Shown: piece by piece, positions 28,981 through 38,739 of the stretch
Position numbering within the stretch: the first letter of the stretch is position 1
Layout: each line of letters starts with the position of its first letter
Origin: an uncultured bacterium
GTDB taxonomy: Bacteria; UBP4; UBA4092
DNA length: 64,000 bases
Direction of reading: 5' to 3'
Assembly: GCA_964644695.1 (NCBI GenBank)
Contig: CAZXWN010000001.1
Location: 766,805-830,804 of the forward strand
Program-made: the position numbers and the translations under genes
The notes under the pieces: model-generated
What the model saw: the letters and a program-made list of their open reading frames with translations, nothing else
What the model was told of the DNA's origin: nothing
Database searches by the model: none

Positions 28981-30081
28981 TTATTCTCCTCCCTCACGGA
29001 CACCTGAAGCCCGAACACCTGAGGCGATTCCCTGAATAGCCAAACGCAACTCATCGGGATTACTCGATGCGAGAATAGCTTCTTCGAAGGTAATCAAATT
29101 CGCCAGATAGAGTTTGGACAAGGCTTGATTGAACGATTGCATCCCATAATGTCCACCCTCTTCAATAAATTTACCTAAAGAAGTTGATTTTCCTTCCATT
29201 AATAGTTTCCGAATTGTAGAAGTATTAATCATAATTTCCAATGCGGGAACTCGCCCTACTCCACTGGCTCTGGGTAATAGTCGCATGGAAACAACACCTT
29301 TTAAACATAAAGCTAATTCCATTCGGATTTGTTGATGAAGATAGGCTGGGAAATAATTGATGATACGCTCAACGGTAGTTGAAGCATCAATAGTATGTAA
29401 GGTAGAAAGAACAAGGTGTCCTGTTTCCGCTGCTGATATGGCGGTTTGAATAGTTTCTAAATCTCTCATTTCACCAATCATGATGACATCGGGAGCCTGT
29501 CGAACAACATGCCGCAACGCTTCTGCGAAAGACAGGGTGTCCAGTCCCACTTCACGTTGATTAATTACAGACATATTGTCTTCATGCAGGAACTCAATGG
29601 GATCTTCAATCGTCATGATATGACAACGACGAATATTATTTATGTGGTTGATCATGGCAGCCAGAGTCGTCGATTTACCACTACCCGTAGTTCCTGTTAC
29701 TAATACTAAACCACGCGTTAATTCAGCTAATTCACGAATAGTGGGTGGAAGATTCAATTCGTCAAAGGTGAAAACAGGCCGTTTGACCAGACGCATAACC
29801 AATCCAATCAGACCCCGCTGCTTAAAAATATTTATACGAAACCGACCCACAGACTCCATTCCGAAAGCCATATCCAGTTCCATAGTCCGATGAAACCGAA
29901 TTCTCTGCTCATCACTCATCAACTCGGAAGCCATCTGTTCCGACTCTTCGGCAGTTATGGGTGGCTTATTCATCGGATGGGTTTTGCCATCGATTCGTAG
30001 AATGGGGGGACGACCTACTTTTATATATAAGTCAGATGCGTTTGCCAACGCCATTTTCTTTAAAAATTCTTCAATCAACAT
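28981..30081 (-). CDS. pilT: PilT/PilU type IV pilus retraction ATPase
   Basis: ASDLY, GRFRINIF, GTTGSGKST, IEDPIE, QREVG, GEMRD, AETGHLV.STLH. Confidence 0.9.
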   Translation of the reverse strand: MLIEEFLKKMALANASDLYIKVGRPPILRIDGKTHPMNKPPITAEESEQMASELMSDEQRIRFHRTMELDMAFGMESVGRFRINIFKQRGLIGLVMRLVKRPVFTFDELNLPPTIRELAELTRGLVLVTGTTGSGKSTTLAAMINHINNIRRCHIMTIEDPIEFLHEDNMSVINQREVGLDTLSFAEALRHVVRQAPDVIMIGEMRDLETIQTAISAAETGHLVLSTLHTIDASTTVERIINYFPAYLHQQIRMELALCLKGVVSMRLLPRASGVGRVPALEIMINTSTIRKLLMEGKSTSLGKFIEEGGHYGMQSFNQALSKLYLANLITFEEAILASSNPDELRLAIQGIASGVRASGVREGGE

Positions 30082-30167
30082 AAGAATCTTATCTCCTGAT
30101 TCCTGAAAGTGACTACAATTAACATGTTAATATGCAATGGTTGAGGTTACAAGATAATTCGTAAATG

Positions 30168-30953
30168 TTACCTTAACATGATAAATGATGCTAATCGGCC
30201 CGCGGAAGTGTTATCACGTCGATGAGAATAAAAATCTACCTTATTTTCATAAGTACACTGTTTCGTCATGCTTATATTTTCAGGGATAACTCCTGATTCT
30301 ATAAGTTGTATTTGATTTACTCGTGGGAGATTAAGAAGTCTGCCATTAACCACTCTATCACCAAACTCATTTTTGAATGTATCCGCCAATTCGGGACTTA
30401 CTTCATAACAACGGCTACAAATCCCCGCAGCTATCCACACCCTGCAATCTTTGGCTTCTGTCCCATATTTACGGTTCATTTCATTCAGGGTTATGGCCGT
30501 AATCCGACCAAAAGATCCTTTCCAGCCTGCATGGACTGCACCAACAGCCCTTGATACCGGATCATAAATAATCACGGGAATACAATCTGCTGTTAATATG
30601 ACTAGAGGCACATTTCTTAGGTTGGTAATAAGTGCATCGGTTTGGTGGGAAAAACGTATTCCAGATTCGTAATGCTCTGCATCTACAGATTCGACATGAG
30701 TACCATGGACTTGTCCTGCATAATAAACACTATCGAAAGAAAAACCCAGAGAAGATGACCATACAGCGCGATTCTGAAGCACAATTTCACGATCATCTCC
30801 GGTATTAAGCCCAAGATTAAGACCTTCATACCCTCCAGTACTAAAACCACCCTTACGTGTAGATTGCCCATGAAGAATTTCTGGATAAGAAGATAATAAA
30901 GAAGACTGTAACAGATTTATCCCGTGAGGATAATTAGTCATTAAATCTGTCAT
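30168..30953 (-). CDS. pgeF: PgeF/YfiH family protein
   Basis: STRKGG, QVHG, TADCIP, HAGWKG, CYEV, FYSHRR. Confidence 0.9.
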   Translation of the reverse strand: MTDLMTNYPHGINLLQSSLLSSYPEILHGQSTRKGGFSTGGYEGLNLGLNTGDDREIVLQNRAVWSSSLGFSFDSVYYAGQVHGTHVESVDAEHYESGIRFSHQTDALITNLRNVPLVILTADCIPVIIYDPVSRAVGAVHAGWKGSFGRITAITLNEMNRKYGTEAKDCRVWIAAGICSRCYEVSPELADTFKNEFGDRVVNGRLLNLPRVNQIQLIESGVIPENISMTKQCTYENKVDFYSHRRDNTSAGRLASFIMLR

Positions 30954-30964
30954 GGATATAATTT

Positions 30965-31138
30965 CTAACGAGCCGTCAGGAAATAGACCACAAGTCCAAT
31001 AGCCATAAAACTACCTACTAATTGGATAAATACCCATCCTGCTCTTTGAAATCCTTCACCAGACTTTCCTGGAGTAACCAGATAAACCGTGCCTGTAATA
31101 GCAAGAACCAAGACAAAGAAGTAAAGGATATTAATCAT
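30965..31138 (-). CDS. Small two-TM membrane protein
   Basis: Hydrophobic 57 aa ORF overlapping the upstream stop; start inferred. Confidence 0.55.
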   Translation of the reverse strand: MINILYFFVLVLAITGTVYLVTPGKSGEGFQRAGWVFIQLVGSFMAIGLVVYFLTAR

Positions 31139-31622
31139 GGTCTTGCTCTCCAGTATTCTCATAATATCCAAATCGGTAGGCATCCCAAGCATGAAATAAA
31201 ACAAATACATTCAAACCGGAAGATACAACCATAAACAAAGTCCCTATTTCATACGTGGAAGCAGTAATATCCCCCTGATGCAGTCCAGGGATCATATTGA
31301 TAAACGTCATTAGGACATTACCTATTCCCATAATAAAAACAAGTATATTGACCAAATTAAACTCATTAGAAGTAGTATCTAATACAGGAAAGGCAATTTC
31401 ACCTCTTAATGCCATCCCCCACAAAAACAAACCATTTAAAATCAGAAATAGAGATACCGCTCGCATCTTCTGCCTTAAAAACAAATACCCTGAACCTGGA
31501 ATAAGCCATCCACAAAGAGACATATAAAACGCATATGTTTTTTGAGATTCAGACAACACCGGCATAATCACATGTTCCGTTAAACTATCTTGCTTATTTT
31601 CATTATTCGAATTATTCTTCAT
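31131..31622 (-). CDS. Membrane protein, DUF6677-like
   Basis: WLIPGSGYLFL, YEIGTLFMVVSSGLN...DAY. Confidence 0.65.
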   Translation of the reverse strand: MKNNSNNENKQDSLTEHVIMPVLSESQKTYAFYMSLCGWLIPGSGYLFLRQKMRAVSLFLILNGLFLWGMALRGEIAFPVLDTTSNEFNLVNILVFIMGIGNVLMTFINMIPGLHQGDITASTYEIGTLFMVVSSGLNVFVLFHAWDAYRFGYYENTGEQDHD

Positions 31623-31623
31623 C

Positions 31624-32598
31624 TTAATTAAAGTCTACTTCCGAACTATCTCCTACATTAAGTTTATGCATTAATCCATTCACCATTGCATTTTCACCAA
31701 CTAATGATTCATGAAGAAGGATATTCTTCACAATAGCATTCTTATTGATAATTGTATCTTTTATTATCGCATTAGATATCACAGAATTGGCAGCAATTGA
31801 TACATATGGCCCAATTACAGCATTGTGGATTGTCACTGAAGGATCAATGCAGACCGGAGGGACAATGATAGCGTCAGATGTATTATACTTACTTGCATGC
31901 AAGTCCAGTAAGAATCGGTTCGTTTGGAGTAAAGTCTCAAGTTTTCCACAATCATACCAACCATCAACTAAAAAGGATTGAATTTTCTCTCCCCGATTTA
32001 TCATTTCCTGGAAAGCATCGGTTATCTGATACTCACCCTTGGTTTTTATATTATTCTTAATTACATGTTCAAGACAGTTAAAAAGAAGTTCAGAGTTCTT
32101 TATGTAGTTAATTCCAACTATGGCTAAATCAGTTGGAGGGTTATCTGGTTTTTCCACTAATCGGCTTATGAATCCATCTTTTATTTCAACGATACCAAAT
32201 CGTTTAGGATCACGTACACTCTTCACACCAATTCCACTGTACTTGCCCTTCACTACACTCTGAAGATCGGCTTTAAATATAGTGTCACCATAAATAATTA
32301 ATATCGGCTTATTCTTTATAAATTCACGGGTCAAATAAACAGCATGACCTAAACCCAATAATTCTTCCTGCTTAACAAAATTCGCCCGGAATCGATAGGT
32401 TTTGGTGACATAATCTTTAATCATATCTCCCAGATAACCGATAATAAAGGTTACATCCTTAACACCTAACTCTTCCAATTCGTCCAAGATGTGACCCAAA
32501 ATTGGTTTACCTGCTACATAAATCAAAGCTTTAGGTACTGTATGTGTATGTGGTTTTAAACGGGTACCGGCTCCCGCCACAGGAATTATTGCTTGCAT
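31624..32598 (-). CDS. Sugar-phosphate nucleotidyltransferase (glucose-1-P thymidylyltransferase-like)
   Basis: IPVAGAGTRLKPHT...PK, GLGHAV, EKP, GEYQITDA, WYDCG; hexapeptide-repeat tail. Confidence 0.88.
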   Translation of the reverse strand: MQAIIPVAGAGTRLKPHTHTVPKALIYVAGKPILGHILDELEELGVKDVTFIIGYLGDMIKDYVTKTYRFRANFVKQEELLGLGHAVYLTREFIKNKPILIIYGDTIFKADLQSVVKGKYSGIGVKSVRDPKRFGIVEIKDGFISRLVEKPDNPPTDLAIVGINYIKNSELLFNCLEHVIKNNIKTKGEYQITDAFQEMINRGEKIQSFLVDGWYDCGKLETLLQTNRFLLDLHASKYNTSDAIIVPPVCIDPSVTIHNAVIGPYVSIAANSVISNAIIKDTIINKNAIVKNILLHESLVGENAMVNGLMHKLNVGDSSEVDFN

Positions 32599-32645
32599 AA
32601 TATCTCCATTAAATTAGTTTTATCCATTTGATTACAAATGCTATA

Positions 32646-32996
32646 TCAACCTGGGGGCCATCCAAAATTACGACCACCCATCAAGTGGAGATGAATATGA
32701 AAAACTGCCTGGCCAGCGGATTCTTTACAATTAAAGACAGTTCGGAAGCCTTTATCATCAAGACCATGCTCACGAGCCAATTTATTTGCAGTCATAAACA
32801 AATCACTCAACAACTCCCGGTCTTCCATTCCCACTTCTAAAAGAGTGGGAATATGCTTCTTAGGGATGATAAGTATATGGACTGGTGCTTGAGGATTAAT
32901 ATCATGAAACGCCATTATGTGATCATCTTGATAAATGATATTTGCCGGGATAGCTCCTCTGGCAATTTTACAAAAAAGACAATTATCATCAATCAT
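32646..32996 (-). CDS. hinT: HIT-family nucleotide-binding protein
   Basis: CLFCKI, DINPQAPVH, GQAVFHIHLH, WPPG. Confidence 0.92.
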   Translation of the reverse strand: MIDDNCLFCKIARGAIPANIIYQDDHIMAFHDINPQAPVHILIIPKKHIPTLLEVGMEDRELLSDLFMTANKLAREHGLDDKGFRTVFNCKESAGQAVFHIHLHLMGGRNFGWPPG

Positions 32997-33155
32997 ATCA
33001 ATTCCTCTCATCTATTCTGTCCTCAAATTTATCACGATTAACTGGTTTCTACAATGGAATAACCTGCCAAAGATCCCAGAAAACACAGGAATGCTGGTTT
33101 ATCTGCATTTATAGCATCTAACTGGTACAATTCGAAGGAATAAGGGATATTCACG

Positions 33156-33184
33156 TTGACAAGGCAGGTGTACAATGGTAATTT
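33156..33184 (+). promoter_or_regulatory. Putative sigma70 promoter
   Basis: TTGACA-N17-TAATTT upstream of DUF948 gene. Confidence 0.5.
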
Positions 33185-33221
33185 GAAAGTGGATAACATA
33201 CTTAAAGTGGGGTTATTAAAT

Positions 33222-33692
33222 ATGGTCATACAAGTCTGTCTCATTGTTTTAGCTCTAACTTTTGTAGTAATCGCAATTTATCTTATACCATTGTTGATAC
33301 AAGCAAAAAAAACTGCTGAACAAGCCCAAAAAACATTGGCTGATTTAAATGAAAGAACTAAACCATTAATAGATCAGCTCCAAGCAACTGCGGCTAAAGT
33401 AGAAAAAACTTTGGATGATGTAAACAGCCGAACCCAACCCATTCTCGAACAAGCTGAAGCTTCCATGAACGATATTCGCGTCATGATTTCTCAAGCGAAA
33501 AATGAAGCAACAAAGATTGAATCAACGGTTGAAAACTATCGAATGTTAGCTGACCGTGGGCATCAACTGGCAAATGTGGTTTACGGCTTACTTGAAATGC
33601 CAATATTTAAAATTGCATCAAATTTAACGGCCCTACAGGCCGGATTTGGAATTTTCTTCAAATCTCTGATAAACAAAAAAAAGGAGGGATAG
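33222..33692 (+). CDS. DUF948 (YoxC/YtxG-like) protein
   Basis: N-terminal TM plus coiled coil; precedes ytxH. Confidence 0.75.
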   Translation: MVIQVCLIVLALTFVVIAIYLIPLLIQAKKTAEQAQKTLADLNERTKPLIDQLQATAAKVEKTLDDVNSRTQPILEQAEASMNDIRVMISQAKNEATKIESTVENYRMLADRGHQLANVVYGLLEMPIFKIASNLTALQAGFGIFFKSLINKKKEG

Positions 33693-33695
33693 ACA

Positions 33696-33989
33696 ATGGC
33701 AGATAAAGATTCTTGCGTAGGTTCACTTTTACTAGCATTTACCGCTGGAGCATTACTTGGAGCTGGAATAGCTTTATTGTATGCGCCACAATCTGGTGAA
33801 GAGACACGCCGCCTGCTTGCAGAAAAAGCAGAAGACTTGAAACGGTCCGCAAAAGATGGATTAGATCAAGGAAAAGAATACATCCGTAGCAAACGTGATC
33901 AGATCGCTGCTGCTTACGAAGCGGGACGCGATGGTTACAAAGAAGCTCAAGCTCGTGGTGTAAAAGAATCAGAGGCTCCTCTCGGTTAA
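33696..33989 (+). CDS. YtxH-domain protein
   Basis: GALLGAGIALLYAPQSGEETR. Confidence 0.85.
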   Translation: MADKDSCVGSLLLAFTAGALLGAGIALLYAPQSGEETRRLLAEKAEDLKRSAKDGLDQGKEYIRSKRDQIAAAYEAGRDGYKEAQARGVKESEAPLG

Positions 33990-34038
33990 TTTCAGAAGAG
34001 CCCCACTAATTTAAGTTTAATGAATGTCGTGCGGGATG

Positions 34039-35142
34039 TTAGACATTAAAACGGAAGTTGATAATGTCTCCATCCTGTACGACATATTCTTTTCCTTCTA
34101 ACCGAACCCATCCTTTTTGTTTAGCTTGCGTAAATCCACCGGCTTCAACAAAGTCTTTAAAATTCACAACCTCAGCTCGGATAAAACCCTGTTGGAAGTC
34201 AGAATGAATAGTACCTGCAGCTTCTGGAGCAACATCCCCTCGGTGAATCGTCCAGGCACGAACTTCATCTTCACCCGCAGTTAAAAATGAAATCAAATTG
34301 CAAGCGCTGTAAGCCGCCTGAAGTAATTTATTACGGCCCGTTTCTGTTATTCCCAAACCACCCAAATATTCAGCGCGATCAGCTTCGGGTAATTCCATAA
34401 TTTCCATTTCCATCTTTCCACAAACACTAATCATGGGGATACCATGCTCAGAAGCATACAGTTCAAGTTTTTTCAGATTTTCTGAAGAATCTGAACCCAC
34501 CTGGTCCTCGCCAATATTTGCAATGTAGATACTGGGTTTCTGTGTTAAAAAACAGAATCCTTTGATAATCTTCTTTTCTTCAGAACTTAAATCAACTTGG
34601 CTAATAAATTGCCCTTCATTCAAGGCTGCCTGCAATCGAAGAAGTATTTCCTTTTCTTTCTCGTCTGTACCAGCATTTCTACCCATCCGCTTAATATTGG
34701 CATCCAGTTTCTCCAATCTCTTTTCTATGGAGATCATATCCGCAATGACTAAATCACTATTAAGGTTTTGTACATCCCGAACCGCATCAATACTGCCGTC
34801 AGGATGCAGAACAGACTCATCATCAAAAAGCCGGATCACTTGAGCCAGAGCATCGACCTGACGCAATTGATTCAAAGATACATTCTCTTTTCCTATATTA
34901 GCTTTCTGATTAGCCAATGCCTGCCCTCCTACATCAATAAAATCGACCTGGGCATAAGTTGTTTTCTTTGGAGAATACACTTTTGTTAAATGATCAATCC
35001 GTGAATCGGGTACAGCTATAGTTGCTAAATGGTCCTCAGAAACACCAAAAGAACCTGTTTTTTCCATCTTTCCCGTAAGTGCATTAAATAATGTAGTCTT
35101 GCCTGATTGGGATAGACCAACTAATCCAATTTTGATAGCCAT
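34039..35142 (-). CDS. ychF: Redox-regulated ATPase YchF
   Basis: GKTTLFNALT, VPDSR, EVRAWTI, AGTIHSDF..GFIRAEV, EGKEYVVQDGD. Confidence 0.95.
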   Translation of the reverse strand: MAIKIGLVGLSQSGKTTLFNALTGKMEKTGSFGVSEDHLATIAVPDSRIDHLTKVYSPKKTTYAQVDFIDVGGQALANQKANIGKENVSLNQLRQVDALAQVIRLFDDESVLHPDGSIDAVRDVQNLNSDLVIADMISIEKRLEKLDANIKRMGRNAGTDEKEKEILLRLQAALNEGQFISQVDLSSEEKKIIKGFCFLTQKPSIYIANIGEDQVGSDSSENLKKLELYASEHGIPMISVCGKMEMEIMELPEADRAEYLGGLGITETGRNKLLQAAYSACNLISFLTAGEDEVRAWTIHRGDVAPEAAGTIHSDFQQGFIRAEVVNFKDFVEAGGFTQAKQKGWVRLEGKEYVVQDGDIINFRFNV

Positions 35143-35221
35143 AAAATTTTTCCTTGTCTATATCTTGAAGGAGATTTAAAGTACATCTTAATATGTAGCA
35201 TATCAAATTTCAGGAGGCATT

Positions 35222-36613
35222 ATGAACCTTCAGTTTTATGGAGCAGCACGAACCGTAACTGGTTCGATGCATCTATTAAGTGTAAATGGGAAGCAAATTC
35301 TGTTGGATTGTGGGCTGTATCAGGGTAAACGGGAAGAGGCTTTCCAAAGAAACAGGCATTTTCCATTTAAGCCAGAATCAATTGATGCGGTAATTTTGTC
35401 CCATGCTCATATTGACCATTCTGGGAATATACCCACACTAGTACGTAAGGGTTACAATGGCCCCATTTATTCCACACCAGCGACCCGGGATTTATGTAGT
35501 GCCATGTTACAAGACAGTGCACATCTCCAGGAAAAAGACACAGAATTTGTAAACAGGAAACGTGCAAAGAAACAACAACCTCTTTTTAATCCTCTCTATA
35601 ATCGAAAAGATGCATTGAATGCCATCCAATTATTCAGGACGGTTGCCTTTGATAAACCCTTAGAAATATCTCAAGGGGTTACCGTTACATTTAGAAAAGC
35701 TGGACATATACTGGGTGCAGCCATGATTGAGCTTCAGTTAAAAGAAGGAGGGCATTCTAAGACATTAGTCTTTACAGGTGACATTGGCCGAAAAGAAATG
35801 CCGGTGCTTCCGGACCCCTATTGTTTCGAGAAAACAGACCTGCTATTAATGGAAACTACCTATGGAAACAGACTTCACAAACCAGAAGAAAATGTAGACG
35901 CCCACTTAGTAGAATTAATGAATGAAGCCGTTAAGAACAAATCAAAAATTATTATTCCAGCCTTTGCGGTAGATAGGACACAAACTTTTGTTTATCGACT
36001 GAACAAGCTCTGTAAAGCCGGGCTTTGTCCGAATATTCCGATTTATGTTGACAGTCCTCTGGCATTGAATGTTACACAAATATATAGGCTTCACCCAGAG
36101 TGTCTGGATGAAGATGCACTCGATTTTCTTGAAAAGAACGGAGATCCCTTTGGTTTCGAAAAGTTACACTATACCCATACCGTAGAGGAATCCATGGCTC
36201 TCAACAACAAAAAAGGGCCTATGATTATCATCTCTGCCTCAGGAATGTGTGAAGGTGGGCGAATTCTTCACCACCTTCGAAATAACATTCAGGATCCGAA
36301 GAATATCGTCCTGATGATTGGGTATGCAGCGGAACACACATTAGGCAAACGAATCATCGAAAAAGACCCGATAGTTAAGATATTTGGTGAACCCGTAGAG
36401 TTGAATGCAAAAGTTGTTGTGATGAATAATTTCTCGGGACATGCAGATAAAAATGAACTCTTGGACTTTTTGAAATGTTTCAAGAAAAAACCCGAAAAGA
36501 TGATTCTTGTCCATGGGGATGAGGCTCAATCACTGTCTTTCGCAGAAACCTTACAAACCCTTGGATATACGGATGTATCTGTCCCTAAGGAAAATGAAGT
36601 GATTAATTTTTAA
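35222..36613 (+). CDS. MBL-fold beta-CASP ribonuclease
   Basis: GAARTVTGS, SHAHIDHSG, AGHILG, ETTYG, ASGMCEGGRI.HH, FSGHAD, VHGD. Confidence 0.9.
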   Translation: MNLQFYGAARTVTGSMHLLSVNGKQILLDCGLYQGKREEAFQRNRHFPFKPESIDAVILSHAHIDHSGNIPTLVRKGYNGPIYSTPATRDLCSAMLQDSAHLQEKDTEFVNRKRAKKQQPLFNPLYNRKDALNAIQLFRTVAFDKPLEISQGVTVTFRKAGHILGAAMIELQLKEGGHSKTLVFTGDIGRKEMPVLPDPYCFEKTDLLLMETTYGNRLHKPEENVDAHLVELMNEAVKNKSKIIIPAFAVDRTQTFVYRLNKLCKAGLCPNIPIYVDSPLALNVTQIYRLHPECLDEDALDFLEKNGDPFGFEKLHYTHTVEESMALNNKKGPMIIISASGMCEGGRILHHLRNNIQDPKNIVLMIGYAAEHTLGKRIIEKDPIVKIFGEPVELNAKVVVMNNFSGHADKNELLDFLKCFKKKPEKMILVHGDEAQSLSFAETLQTLGYTDVSVPKENEVINF

Positions 36614-36621
36614 AATATCGG

Positions 36622-37626
36622 TCAGATGGTGTCGGCTGGTTGGCTGTATGTGTCAACCAGCCGAACATACAGTTGTTTCAGTTCTTCACGTATTTCAGCA
36701 GGCTCTAACACTTCAGCCTTTGTTCCATACGACATCACAAAATACAATATCTCGAATTTCCCACCCGCAGTAAAGGAGACAATAACATCTCCATTTCGTG
36801 TCTTTTTAATTTTTTGTGTTGCATGAAGAGGTCTTCGGATCAAACGCTTTTCAACAGAACCAACAAATCGGATTTTCCACTTCAAGGGAGGGTCATCAAT
36901 AATCCCAAAGTTACGGGAGATATACGCATCAATCACTTCCTGTTTGACAGGAACAAAGGAATCTTCCAAACGATCCAGCTCACGAATCCTGTCATCAATA
37001 GCAAAGCGCCGTAACTCACCATATTCTTCGACAAAGGCCACTAAATAAAAGTTATTATCATAATTTTGAATTCGGTAAGGATGTATTACATATCGCCTGA
37101 TTTGATTATGATTTCGTGAAAAATAAACCAGTTTCATCTTATGGCGATCCATATAGGATTCAGCAAACTCATGGATATACACCATAATGCGATTATTACT
37201 GTTTTTAACTGTGGTCTTATTCTTGAAAAGGTCTGATAATTCATTCATGCTTTCTTTGAGAGGGCTGTGCATGCGATTTTTGATCTTCTCACAAATCTCG
37301 ACCAGATTTTCATAAAGCTCAGTACCCTTAAAAAAGCTTAAAGAATTTAACGCCAGTAATAAACTGATCAAATCCTCATCCTTAAAGGGAACATCAAAGG
37401 TACTATTAGTTTCTTTCATCAGTTTCCAACGAACATCACCCGTCAGGTCGCTATAATTCTGGATAGCAAACCCCAGAACCTCGATACATTCTAAATCTCG
37501 TTGTATCGTACGCTTCGTGACAGAATGTTTTTCCGCTAACTCTTTTAAGGTATATCCCTTATGGGATGAGAGTTCATTAATGATACTGATAACTCTGATG
37601 GTCTGATCGTTTCTCATGGGGCTCAT
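36622..37626 (-). CDS. HTH-WYL-WCX transcriptional regulator
   Basis: ELAEKHSVTKRTIQRDL HTH; IHPY...FYLVAF...RRFA..RI; SYGTKAEVLEPAEIRE. Confidence 0.9.
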   Translation of the reverse strand: MSPMRNDQTIRVISIINELSSHKGYTLKELAEKHSVTKRTIQRDLECIEVLGFAIQNYSDLTGDVRWKLMKETNSTFDVPFKDEDLISLLLALNSLSFFKGTELYENLVEICEKIKNRMHSPLKESMNELSDLFKNKTTVKNSNNRIMVYIHEFAESYMDRHKMKLVYFSRNHNQIRRYVIHPYRIQNYDNNFYLVAFVEEYGELRRFAIDDRIRELDRLEDSFVPVKQEVIDAYISRNFGIIDDPPLKWKIRFVGSVEKRLIRRPLHATQKIKKTRNGDVIVSFTAGGKFEILYFVMSYGTKAEVLEPAEIREELKQLYVRLVDTYSQPADTI

Positions 37627-37733
37627 TTTACCATAGGGAAAATCAGGGTTGTCAACACCCACACAAATCACTCGACAGGGAGTCATAATGCATGTGATTT
37701 TTATAATAAAAAACAGGAAATAACGCTGTTTTT

Positions 37734-37763
37734 TTGACAGGGTTTATTAACATCACTTACAAT
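37734..37763 (+). promoter_or_regulatory. Putative sigma70 promoter for hisG
   Basis: TTGACA-N18-TACAAT. Confidence 0.45.
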
Positions 37764-37798
37764 AGAATGATTAGAAAAGTTGATACGAGGGTATATTC

Positions 37799-38689
37799 AT
37801 GTTAAAAAAATCAAGTAAAAATGTACTGCGGTTAGGCCTTCCCAAAGGAAGTATTCAGGAATCAACCTTTGATTTGTTTCGGAAAGCTGGCTACAAGATT
37901 ACCCCATCTGAGAGATCTTATTTTCCTAAAATAAACGATGTGGAAATTGAATGTGTTTTATTACGCGCACAGGAAATGGCCAAATATGTAGAAATGGGCG
38001 TATTGGATGCTGGACTCACGGGTAAAGATTGGATTGTGGAAAGCAGCTCCAAGGTTCATGAGGTTTGTGAATTGATATACGGGAAAAGCGGCCTTCGCCC
38101 TGTACGCTGGGTCCTGGCGGTTCCCAATGACTCCCCCATTCAATCCGTTAAAGATTTGAACGGAAAGCGGATTGCCACAGAAGTCGTTAATATCAGCAAA
38201 AAATATCTTCGTGCAAATAAAGTAAAAGCTAATATTGAATTCTCCTGGGGTGCTACGGAAGTGAAGCCGCCCATGCTGGTAGATGCCATTATTGAATTGA
38301 CCGAATCAGGGTCTTCCTTAAAAGCCAATAATCTCCGGATTGTTGAAACAGTCTTGGAATCTACGACTCGTTTTATCGTAAACAAGGATTCTTGGAAGGA
38401 TGATTGGAAGCGTTCCAAAGTTGAAAATATTGCACTGTTACTCAAGGGTGCTTTAGCTGCACAGGAAAAAGTTGGGTTAAAACTGAATGTCGAGAAGAAT
38501 AATCTTAAGAAGATTCTTTCAATCCTGCCGGCCCTGAAAAACCCCACCGTCTCCCAGCTCTCGGATGATGGATGGTGTGCTGTTGAAACAATTATTGATG
38601 AATCAGTGGTACGAGACATTGTTCCCAAACTGAAAAGAGCCGGAGCACAGGGAATTATTGAATATCCCTTAAACAAAGTCATTCCTTAG
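37799..38689 (+). CDS. hisG: ATP phosphoribosyltransferase, long form
   Basis: LPKGS, RAQEM, GATEV, TESGSSL, PTVS, GAQGIIE. Confidence 0.95.
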   Translation: MLKKSSKNVLRLGLPKGSIQESTFDLFRKAGYKITPSERSYFPKINDVEIECVLLRAQEMAKYVEMGVLDAGLTGKDWIVESSSKVHEVCELIYGKSGLRPVRWVLAVPNDSPIQSVKDLNGKRIATEVVNISKKYLRANKVKANIEFSWGATEVKPPMLVDAIIELTESGSSLKANNLRIVETVLESTTRFIVNKDSWKDDWKRSKVENIALLLKGALAAQEKVGLKLNVEKNNLKKILSILPALKNPTVSQLSDDGWCAVETIIDESVVRDIVPKLKRAGAQGIIEYPLNKVIP

Positions 38690-38703
38690 TCACAAAAACA
38701 ACT

Positions 38704-38736
38704 GCGGCCGGTTTATAATAAACCGGCCGCTTTTTT
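38704..38736 (+). terminator. Intrinsic terminator after hisG
   Basis: gcggccggttta / taaaccggccgc plus T6. Confidence 0.85.
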
Positions 38737-38739
38737 ATT

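Noticed and set aside
38140-38682. 180-aa minus-strand ORF
   Set aside because: Antisense to hisG
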